From: Bacteriovoracaceae bacterium
GTDB lineage: Bacteria; Bdellovibrionota; Bacteriovoracia; Bacteriovoracales; Bacteriovoracaceae
DNA length: 64,000 nt
Assembly (NCBI GenBank): GCA_018649885.1
Contig: JABIHA010000069.1
Coordinates: forward strand, 1-64,000
Direction of reading: 5' to 3'
Every line of letters begins with the position of its first letter. Position 1 is the stretch's first letter. Under the pieces are notes generated by a model. The model saw only the letters and a program-made list of their open reading frames with translations. It did no database searches and was not told where the DNA came from. A program made the translations under genes and the position numbers. Below are positions 38,090 to 46,408 of this stretch, piece by piece.

Positions 38090-39439
38090 TTACTGGATAG
38101 GTACTTGAGGGGGAACTTGATCAAAGGAGTTTAGTAACTTTGTCAGTTCCACATCTGGATTTCTTATGATTTCTGAGTTGATTTGTATTGTATCAATAGA
38201 TGATGAGGGAAGCTCGTACTTATATTCTCGTAAAATTTTCTCCATCACTGTCATTAGACCTCTAGCTCCCGTTTTTTCACCGAAGGCCAATTTGGCAATT
38301 TCACTGATGGCACACGTTGTGAATCTGACATCAATACCGTGGCCTTTGAAAGAGTCTACATATTGTAAAATAAGGGACTCTTCACTTTCGCCCAAAACTT
38401 TTGTTAAATCCTCTGCGCTGAGCTCGTCACAACTTACTCTTACCGGCAGTCTGCCAATAAATTCTGCTTCAAGGCCATAGCTAATAAAGTCCCCCGTTGT
38501 GGCATTTTTATAGATTTTTGAAAGGACACTCTTATCCTCAGTCCCTTTTGTAAGTCCAATAGTTCTCATCTTTAGTCTTTTACTGACTATATCTTCAAGC
38601 CCTGTGAAGGCGCCGCTGACAATAAAGAGTACATGCTTAGTATTTAAAAGTTTGGGTTCAACCTTGCCATTTTTTTGAAATTCCATCAAAGATTGAATTT
38701 GCGAGGCCATATCATGGGGGGAAGTGAGGTTGACTTCTGTATCTTCCATCAACTTGAGAAGCCCAAATTGAACTCCGCGTGAGCCCACTTCTTTGCCATT
38801 AGCGCCACCGGTACCTGAGGCCAACTTATCTGCTTCATCTAAAAAAATGATTCCATACTGGGCCAGCGAAATGTCACCACCAGCTTTTGTCACTAAGTCT
38901 TTGCAAAGATCATCAACATTAGAGCCCACGTAACCTATTTCGGTGAATCTTGTAGCATCCGCCTTGACGTAGGGAACTCCTAAGAGCTCGCTAATAAGTT
39001 TAATTAAGTAGGTTTTGCCTACTCCTGTAGGACCCATCAGCAAAATATTTTGTTTGTAGTAGTGCATGTCATCAGCTTCGGGATCTTCCAGGCATCTTCT
39101 GACATGATTATAGTGGTCACAAATAGCGATGCTTAGTGCCTTTTTTGCTTCATCTTGCTTGATGACAAAACGGTCGAGGTAGCTCTTTACTTCCTTGGGA
39201 GACATTTTAAATTGTCTCAGGTTTTCCATTTTTATTTCTTTTTGACTTTCATTGTCTTGCTCTGTTTCACCAAGTTGTTCACCAGCATCCATTTTTTCAA
39301 GAAGATCAATGCCCGCGGGATCGTCCCCAATAACCATATTTATATTGGCGCCATACTTATCGCGGAATAGCTCTTCTAGATCTTTTTTTATTTCGTCTGG
39401 TGATGGGGGATTGACTCCACCTTCTTCATTTTCGCTCAT
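38090..39439 (-). CDS. ClpX-like AAA+ ATPase lacking the N-terminal zinc finger
   Basis: GPTGVGKT, GYVG pore loop, DEADK, IGL loop, EFIGRLP, TGARGL. Confidence 0.85.
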   Translation of the reverse strand: MSENEEGGVNPPSPDEIKKDLEELFRDKYGANINMVIGDDPAGIDLLEKMDAGEQLGETEQDNESQKEIKMENLRQFKMSPKEVKSYLDRFVIKQDEAKKALSIAICDHYNHVRRCLEDPEADDMHYYKQNILLMGPTGVGKTYLIKLISELLGVPYVKADATRFTEIGYVGSNVDDLCKDLVTKAGGDISLAQYGIIFLDEADKLASGTGGANGKEVGSRGVQFGLLKLMEDTEVNLTSPHDMASQIQSLMEFQKNGKVEPKLLNTKHVLFIVSGAFTGLEDIVSKRLKMRTIGLTKGTEDKSVLSKIYKNATTGDFISYGLEAEFIGRLPVRVSCDELSAEDLTKVLGESEESLILQYVDSFKGHGIDVRFTTCAISEIAKLAFGEKTGARGLMTVMEKILREYKYELPSSSIDTIQINSEIIRNPDVELTKLLNSFDQVPPQVPIQ

Positions 39440-39537
39440 AGTGAGGTTTTGCACGAGCTGGGTTTATTTGACAAGAAATTAAGCGGAAGTTGTGTCATAT
39501 TTATAGCTTAACGCGGAGGGCTGTTTCACCATTTTTT

Positions 39538-39873
39538 TCACTTACTTAAAGAAGCTTTGACGAAATCAAGGTAATCCTGCGAAGCGTCAGTGGTAGGGAG
39601 TGCATATATACATGGTGTTTCATAGCTGTGATTTTCGACAATGGCCTTCTCTACCTGGGAGTAAAGATTCCCCGTGCTCTTACAAAGCATGAAGCATTCC
39701 TGTTCATTACACAGCTTACCTTCCCACATATAAAGTGAGCTACCACCAGGGATGATATTGGCATAGGCAATGAGCTTTTTTTCCAGTAGAAGTGAGGCCA
39801 TTTTCTGGGCACTTTTTTCACAGCTGTAGGTGGAGTAAATAACGATCAATTCACAATTTTTCATAGTTTTCAT
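39538..39873 (-). CDS. cutA: Divalent-cation tolerance protein CutA
   Basis: SLYMWEGK, HSYETPCI. Confidence 0.9.
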   Translation of the reverse strand: MKTMKNCELIVIYSTYSCEKSAQKMASLLLEKKLIAYANIIPGGSSLYMWEGKLCNEQECFMLCKSTGNLYSQVEKAIVENHSYETPCIYALPTTDASQDYLDFVKASLSK

Positions 39874-39941
39874 GTGATTAATAATATCTAAAAATCTTAT
39901 GAAATCAAAGCTAGATGTCACAATTCTCAGCGAATGAAAAA

Positions 39942-40041
39942 TATGAGAAAGCAGTGCCCTTAGAGGCCAGCCTTGTGGGCGTGCAACCCCACTCCTCCCT
40001 TAGTTCAAACAACCACAGGCTAACATAATCTGCTTTCCATA
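39942..40041 (-). ncRNA. Candidate structured RNA, IS110 non-coding-end (bridge-RNA)-like, no adjacent transposase
   Basis: Nested stems GAAAGCAG/CTGCTTTC and AGCCTGTGG/CCACAAGGCT enclosing GAACTAAGGGAGGAGT; GC-rich island in an AT-rich gap; family likeness from memory only. Confidence 0.5.
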
Positions 40042-40259
40042 ATAGCTCCTTGCTACCACCAAAAATACAATTAGCAAGAACTGTTAAGAATTTACGCTTC
40101 TTTAATTTCGTCATTTTAATAAAAACCAAACCTTTGAACGTTCAGCTAATCTCCCGTCATGTGCCAAAAAAACTTCCGATAAAATAAAATACAGCTGTCC
40201 AAACTTTTGACGGCCCAATTGCCTAGGCCCCTTACATTCCATAGAACATCCCCAAATAA

Positions 40260-40276
40260 TTGGCACTCATCTTGAA
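40260..40276 (+). promoter_or_regulatory. sigma54-like promoter
   Basis: TTGGCAC-TCATC-TTGAA (GA instead of GC at -12) upstream of the 40322 lipoprotein. Confidence 0.45.
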
Positions 40277-40321
40277 ATATAAAAAGGGATAAATTTTTAT
40301 ATAATATGGAGAAGACCAATT

Positions 40322-40897
40322 TTGAAAAGAGTTTTTGCACTCTATTTACTTCTGGGGTTACTGCTTACTGGCTGTTTAAAAGACCGGGAAAATCCTTTTT
40401 CTAAAGATGGTGTTACCGTCGATGAAAACAAGTGCGCAGATGGGCTCAAAATGGAAGCGCGCCTAATTTTTATCCAAAAAATTGACCACCCTTCTCAAAC
40501 AGAAATCATCTCAGTGGATGATAGTTTTACTCTTGATTACTATCAGGCCCAAATCTTTGATGAAGGTGTGCCTATAGAAACTCTTACCACCTATAGTGCT
40601 GCAAGCACCAATAAAACATATATTGAAACCTATAAAAGCTCACTTGAAGTGACTAGGGAAAGTGATGTTTTTGAATATTCTTTTTTTACTTTTGCAGAAG
40701 ATGGTGGAAATATCGAGTTTCATGTCAAAAACTATGAAAAGGCTGTGATCTCAGAACTTGCTGAACAAGGTTTTACAGTTTGTAGAGCTGGGGGCAGTAG
40801 TTATAAGATTGAGTACGACGCCTTGAGAGCAGAAATCATTCACGATAAACAGGTAAATATTGAATACATCTTCTCTGAAGATGTACCAGCCCTGTGA
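40322..40897 (+). CDS. Lipoprotein, unknown function
   Basis: Lipobox LLTGC. Confidence 0.75.
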   Translation: MKRVFALYLLLGLLLTGCLKDRENPFSKDGVTVDENKCADGLKMEARLIFIQKIDHPSQTEIISVDDSFTLDYYQAQIFDEGVPIETLTTYSAASTNKTYIETYKSSLEVTRESDVFEYSFFTFAEDGGNIEFHVKNYEKAVISELAEQGFTVCRAGGSSYKIEYDALRAEIIHDKQVNIEYIFSEDVPAL

Positions 40898-40911
40898 TAA
40901 AGGATTAACCA

Positions 40912-43062
40912 ATGCAAGCTTTAAAACAACTAGGGATTCTTTTTTTAACACTAAATCTTTCTGGACTGGCACCTGCCTTGGCATCAGGAATAGATTATAG
41001 AGGACCAAAGGATTACTACCTCCAATCAGAGATCCAGGTTTTGGAATCGGATGAAAGTCAAATTGCCCGGGCCAAAATAAGTATGGAGTTATTTGATCTT
41101 GCACTCAAAGATAATCCAGCTCTTTTTAAAAGACCGAAAAAATGTGCTCTTCACAGTGAAGAGACCAAGATCACTGAAATCGCAAACGGCCTTATTACCG
41201 TTTTAAATTCTATCAAAAAAGAATGTAGCTCTAATGTTGAGGAGCTTAATACAATTGTGAGCTCACTTTCTGAATTTTCAACTTCAGTTGATAGCGCAGA
41301 AGTTGAAAGCACTGATGAAGAGAGCGTGGATGTAGTTGAAATAGATGAGACAGTGGAAACGAGCAGTGATAGCACAGCAATGACTTCGGAAGAAAAAGAG
41401 CAATTTTACGGAAATATTGATAGTGCCCTTGGGACCTTAACTAATTTGGCCGCTAAAGAAAAATGTGAATACTCAATAAAAGAGCAGGGCCTTTTACCGG
41501 TTATTGCAGACGTTATATTAAATGTCTCACAACTCGGACTGATTACTCCTGTTTCTATGGGAATGAACGACCAGGCGTCTGCTTCTTGGACAAGTGGAGG
41601 CCTTATGATTGCAGCCGGTGGTGCACTTTTAAGTTCTACTTTAAATGTTATTCATCTTTTATTTAAAAATAGATTTGACTGGGACAAAGCAGAGGACCGC
41701 GATTCATTTGTACAACTAAACTGCTCATACCATGATTTGAGAAACCAACTCATCACTTCTGGTGCCATCCATATCGGAACCAAAAAAGTGGAAGAGGAAA
41801 AAGCAAAATACTTGGCCTATATTGCCGAAATCGAGCTATACCTTGAAGCTTTTGAAAAAGAGAAAGTGGATATTGAAGAATTTGTGGCAAAAAATAGAAA
41901 ATTAAAACTTGAAAGTAAAATGAACCCGGTCCAATTTGCGACCAATGGTCTACTCAAAGAATTTAAAACTGAATATATGGAAGCTAGTGATTTCGACATT
42001 AAAGACCCTGGCATTGATCCTGGACATAAGATTCATTTTTTAAGAGGCTACTATGAAATGCAAAGGATTATGAAAAGAAACCTTGGGGATTTAGTTTTAG
42101 ATGCCAGACATGATCAACACTTAAATGCCAATGCCATGGCCTTTTTGGAAGAAAACTTTCCTGAAGATAGGAGCAAAGATGAGAGCGTGGCATTTTTCAT
42201 AGAAAATGCTGACCATTTTAGCGCTATTATTGATGGATATAAAGAGTTTCTGACCCCTATTTTTGAAAACCTGAGTGGAATAGAAAAAGAAATTATGGAA
42301 GAATACGATAGTTGGAGGCCAAGTGGTGACAAGTCTACAGTTGAGGAACTCGAAGAAATTATGGCCTCTTATACTGAGCAGGCTGCTAAGCTTGAAGAGT
42401 ACAAGTTAGGCTTTAATTCAAGGCTTGATGTGTACAATTATATTTTAGGTAAAGAAGAGTTTAGCTCATCAGATGATGGAGCAAGTCCTCTTCATACAGC
42501 TCTATTAATTTCTGAAGAAATAAAAAAAGAAATTACTGGCGATCAGGGAGAATCTTTTCTGGATTATCTTGTAAAGGATGGACGAAAAGAGATTAAAAGT
42601 GTGAGAAAGAAAATGGGTCACCACCTGGTTGATATCAGAATGCTGGAAAAACTAAAAGACAGAGATATGGTTAGTTATAATATTGAAAAGGATATGGCAT
42701 GCCAAGATGCAGAGTCTTTCATCCTAGATAAGTACAATACTGCATCTTCATTTGCAGAACTTGGGTATGATTTTACTTCAACCATCTTTTCCTTCATTCA
42801 CTCACAGGGAAGAAAAAGAAATCGATTTCTTTTGATTCCCTCTGGTAAATCAGAGCAAAGAAAAGTTTACGAGCATGCATGGTCAGCTAAAATTTATACC
42901 AAGATCAAATCTAAGGAGAAAGTTTCCTACAAATATATCAAAGAGTTTCTTGGGAAGAATCATCAAAAGAAAAACTTAGGACGACTGATGAAAGAGGTTG
43001 ATGAGATGAAAGACCAAGTCTCAGAAGTACAAACTTTCGTACACAATAGTTGTCATCTCTAA
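40912..43062 (+). CDS. Large secreted helical/coiled-coil protein with central hydrophobic hairpin
   Basis: Signal peptide; LLPVIADVILNV...GGLMIAAGGALLSSTLNVIHLLF; coiled coils; several Cys. Confidence 0.75.
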   Translation: MQALKQLGILFLTLNLSGLAPALASGIDYRGPKDYYLQSEIQVLESDESQIARAKISMELFDLALKDNPALFKRPKKCALHSEETKITEIANGLITVLNSIKKECSSNVEELNTIVSSLSEFSTSVDSAEVESTDEESVDVVEIDETVETSSDSTAMTSEEKEQFYGNIDSALGTLTNLAAKEKCEYSIKEQGLLPVIADVILNVSQLGLITPVSMGMNDQASASWTSGGLMIAAGGALLSSTLNVIHLLFKNRFDWDKAEDRDSFVQLNCSYHDLRNQLITSGAIHIGTKKVEEEKAKYLAYIAEIELYLEAFEKEKVDIEEFVAKNRKLKLESKMNPVQFATNGLLKEFKTEYMEASDFDIKDPGIDPGHKIHFLRGYYEMQRIMKRNLGDLVLDARHDQHLNANAMAFLEENFPEDRSKDESVAFFIENADHFSAIIDGYKEFLTPIFENLSGIEKEIMEEYDSWRPSGDKSTVEELEEIMASYTEQAAKLEEYKLGFNSRLDVYNYILGKEEFSSSDDGASPLHTALLISEEIKKEITGDQGESFLDYLVKDGRKEIKSVRKKMGHHLVDIRMLEKLKDRDMVSYNIEKDMACQDAESFILDKYNTASSFAELGYDFTSTIFSFIHSQGRKRNRFLLIPSGKSEQRKVYEHAWSAKIYTKIKSKEKVSYKYIKEFLGKNHQKKNLGRLMKEVDEMKDQVSEVQTFVHNSCHL

Positions 43063-43226
43063 TCACCTATTGATTTCACTAGCTCTCCCTTCTCGGGGAG
43101 AGTATATTTACCCGAATTTATCTGAAGAAATTACAATTTTTTTGCTACTAAATAGGCATTATTGACACCCCAGTTCTAATGCAGTAAGTCTTTTGATAAG
43201 ATTTTAGCAATTTTTACCTTTTCCTA

Positions 43227-43253
43227 TTAATTTTGGGGGGAATCGGTCGAAAA
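43227..43253 (+). promoter_or_regulatory. sigma28-like promoter
   Basis: TTAA-N15-GTCGAAAA. Confidence 0.45.
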
Positions 43254-43287
43254 GTTTAGTGATATACTTTGATCAACAGGTTGATAG

Positions 43288-44223
43288 GTGAAAAAGACTT
43301 TCAGTATTTTTATTTTCATTATGGCCTTCTCGCTTAATGCTAGTGAAATAGATAGTTATACCCAGCGCTTTGATCCCATCGCAGATTCAACAAATTATTT
43401 AAATGGACTAGTTAATAACAAGCTTAGAGCAGCAGGCGAGTGGGCCAACTCCATTGAAGGCTGTAGTAAGAATAGGCTCTACAACGCAGTTAAATTTCAA
43501 TTCACAGGATCAATATTAGGTGAGCTAGAAAAATATATCAATGCCAGTGAAGAGGTAGATAAGAGAGTGATTGCTAGGAAAAACTCTATTTATCAAGACT
43601 TTGGTGTCCTTGAGGGCTCGGCCCTCTACTTTTATGGATTAGGAAGTATTGTTAAGCTTGGGGATAATATAGTGGGCGCCGATAAATTTGGTCATTTCTT
43701 CTCTGAGGGATGGACCTATTTTGATAAGAGCGTTCTCCAAAAAGAAGATCTCATTTCTGTTTTAAAGTTTGGTGATCATTCTGAAAGAGGATTTTTTGGC
43801 TGGATGATGACTGGGGTTTATAGCTACGCAGATCTCGCGGTTAACTTCAACGGCCTTCGTTTTTGGGTCCATTTGGCAGATGATCAAAGGGTGTTTACCA
43901 GAAATTACGGGCTTCGCTCCCAGGAGTCATATTTTTCTTGCAAAGGAGGCCTTTGGGTCCAATCGCGCTCATTTGACTGGAGTGATTACGTAGATGCTTC
44001 TTGGGATGAGGGGATTAATTGCAATATGTACCCAAAATTGTCCATGGAAGATGACGTCAATAGAAGGATCGCCTCGGCCATGCCCTACGCCAGTGGTATC
44101 TCTAAATCATGCCCTATTATTACTCAGAGGTGTGATGAGCTTAAAAGCAAATATGGGCCTTTAGGTCGCTATTTTCTGCACCCTAGGTGCCTAGAATCTT
44201 ATAAACGATTGACTTCTCGCTAA
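43288..44223 (+). CDS. Secreted hypothetical protein
   Basis: Signal peptide; GADKFGHFFSEG, GVYSYADL and WDEGINC motifs. Confidence 0.75.
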   Translation: MKKTFSIFIFIMAFSLNASEIDSYTQRFDPIADSTNYLNGLVNNKLRAAGEWANSIEGCSKNRLYNAVKFQFTGSILGELEKYINASEEVDKRVIARKNSIYQDFGVLEGSALYFYGLGSIVKLGDNIVGADKFGHFFSEGWTYFDKSVLQKEDLISVLKFGDHSERGFFGWMMTGVYSYADLAVNFNGLRFWVHLADDQRVFTRNYGLRSQESYFSCKGGLWVQSRSFDWSDYVDASWDEGINCNMYPKLSMEDDVNRRIASAMPYASGISKSCPIITQRCDELKSKYGPLGRYFLHPRCLESYKRLTSR

Positions 44224-44345
44224 CATAAAATCAAATAGTTAGCAAAACCACCTCATAAATATTACAATTACGGCATTGGATTTAAGTGCGCAGGCCCTTG
44301 CGGGTTATAATATTAGGGCAACAAAATAACCAGGTATCGTACTCT

Positions 44346-45401
44346 ATGACAGAATTAGCAGCCGGATTCAAGAAATTCTCTGACCCAAAAGCTCCAGTAA
44401 CTGGCGGAATTTTTGACTTGTGGAAAAAAGTCGATAAGGAAGGCATGAGATGGGATACCAACTTTTTAAGTGCACTCAATGGATTTTTTGGTGATGAGCT
44501 AAAAAATCAAAACTCTGATTTACAAATTCAGATGGGTTTTTATTTAGAAAATAAGAAGATCGAATTATCGAAGAGATCTCTTTTGGCCCAATATGACGCC
44601 GGCTCTAAAAAGCTTGTAATTTTTCTGCACGGGCTTATGGACAATGAGTTGATGTGGGACTTTTCTGGCATTAGGGGAACAAACTACGGCAGCCTTTTAA
44701 AGGAAGACCAAGGTATGACCCCATTTTTTGTGAGGTATAACTCAGGTCTTCATATTTCAGATAATGGAAAAAGCTTTAGCCGTATGATGGATGAGCTTCT
44801 CAGAAACTATCATAGCGATGTCGATCAGATTATTTTAGTTGGACACTCTATGGGTGGTCTGATTGCCAGGTCAGCTTGTTATCAGGCCGATAAACTTGGC
44901 CATTACTGGGTTGATAAAGTCAAAAAAGTCTTTCTTTTGGGAAGTCCAAGTTTGGGTGCCCCACTTGAGAAACTAGTTAATATTATTTCATGGGGCTCAA
45001 GGAAAACTTTTAATCCTCTTGGTAAAAGTGTTTCGGACTTACTTAATTGTAGGTCTGATGGAATTAAAGATCTTCGCTTTGGCTATCTTCTTGAAGAAGA
45101 TTGGCTGGGAAAAGATCCAGATGCACTGATGGAAAATAACCGTACTAACATCCCTCTTTTGTCACATGCTGAGCACTTTATTATCGTGGGCACATTATTT
45201 ACTCACTCACAAAAAAAGCTCTCAGCTTATATTGGCGACGCCATAGTCACCAAAAAGAGTGCTCAAGGTAGCCATAGGAAAAAATGTCAGAGCATTCCTT
45301 TTAAAGAGGAAAATATAAAGATATTCAACCGAATTGGTCACACCAAGCTGGCCTACCACCCACTTGTCTATAGGCAACTTGAATTATGGTGCCGTTCTTA
45401 G
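44346..45401 (+). CDS. PGAP1-like alpha/beta hydrolase (lipase/deacylase)
   Basis: FLHGL, RYNSGLHISDNG, GHSMGG, GSPSLGAPLE, GDAIV, H; start uncertain. Confidence 0.85.
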   Translation: MTELAAGFKKFSDPKAPVTGGIFDLWKKVDKEGMRWDTNFLSALNGFFGDELKNQNSDLQIQMGFYLENKKIELSKRSLLAQYDAGSKKLVIFLHGLMDNELMWDFSGIRGTNYGSLLKEDQGMTPFFVRYNSGLHISDNGKSFSRMMDELLRNYHSDVDQIILVGHSMGGLIARSACYQADKLGHYWVDKVKKVFLLGSPSLGAPLEKLVNIISWGSRKTFNPLGKSVSDLLNCRSDGIKDLRFGYLLEEDWLGKDPDALMENNRTNIPLLSHAEHFIIVGTLFTHSQKKLSAYIGDAIVTKKSAQGSHRKKCQSIPFKEENIKIFNRIGHTKLAYHPLVYRQLELWCRS

Positions 45402-45655
45402 AGAAATAACAAATTGAATTCCAAATGAGAGGGGCAAGAGATCGACCTTGATCATGGTATCTTGCCCAACTCAGTATGGGATGTAGACTCAATTCGTGCC
45501 TACAAGCTTTTCTAGTAAATACATCTGGTATAAAATATTTCGTTTAATAAATGGATAAACTTTAGAGAAAAATTGTTTTTTTTTGGGGCAAAAATATAAT
45601 AGCTGACTATTTCAGGGGCAATTTGCTAGAATCTGTATAAAAGGATTTTGGTTAA

Positions 45656-46312
45656 ATGAAAAATATTGCAGTAGTCGATGGTGCCATTAAAACCCTGGCA
45701 ATACCGTGTTTTAATAAATTAGTTGAGAGCTACCCTCAGTATTCTTTTACCTACCACGCCACCGGCTTTAGCGGAACAGACTCTCTCAGTTACCTGAATA
45801 GTGTTGATGCCCTTGTGATCTTAGGCAGTGCCTCTCATGTTCATCAAGAGCACTCCTGGCATGGGGAGCTGGCCGATTGGGCCTGTACTCTTCTTTATAA
45901 TAATATTCCAGTTCTTGGAATCTGCTTTGGGCATCAATTGATGGCCTGTGCTTTTGGGGCAGAGGTTGATTATTTCCGTGATGCCGATTTTAAAATATAT
46001 GGGGCAAGACAAAGTGTTATTACAAGTGAGATCATGGGTTTTGAAAAGGGTGATTCGCTTAAGATGGCCGTTAGTCATAGACAAGTGGTCACAGGCATAT
46101 CTGATCAGTTCGATGTGTGGTTGAGTGCCCCAGAGCAGGTTTGCGATGGTTTGATTCATAAGTCTCTACCACTTGTAACAGTTCAGGCCCATCCTGAGGC
46201 AAGTAATCAGTTTTTAGGACTAGAGGTTTCAGTCCTGAAACCGGATCAATATACTCGGGTCCAGCGTGATGGCGGAGAACTTATTACGGGTTTTTTCAAT
46301 ACCTTTTTATAA
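45656..46312 (+). CDS. Class I glutamine amidotransferase-like protein
   Basis: GICFGHQ and HPE triad motifs. Confidence 0.9.
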   Translation: MKNIAVVDGAIKTLAIPCFNKLVESYPQYSFTYHATGFSGTDSLSYLNSVDALVILGSASHVHQEHSWHGELADWACTLLYNNIPVLGICFGHQLMACAFGAEVDYFRDADFKIYGARQSVITSEIMGFEKGDSLKMAVSHRQVVTGISDQFDVWLSAPEQVCDGLIHKSLPLVTVQAHPEASNQFLGLEVSVLKPDQYTRVQRDGGELITGFFNTFL

Positions 46313-46408
46313 AGGGCATACACTGCCATGCATGGGATCTTTTACGTATTTGCCTGTATAATATACAATGCTAAGTCATTAGAAAAAGATCCACATAGGT
46401 AGAGTGAA

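Noticed and set aside
39975..40010. tRNA T-arm, 6S RNA or cobalamin riboswitch
   Set aside because: No cloverleaf or TTCG loop, too short for 6S, no B12-box motif.
39911..40340. Short ORFs 39911..40129 and 40146..40340 as a transposase remnant
   Set aside because: No IS110/DEDD motifs or convincing RBS; likely chance ORFs.
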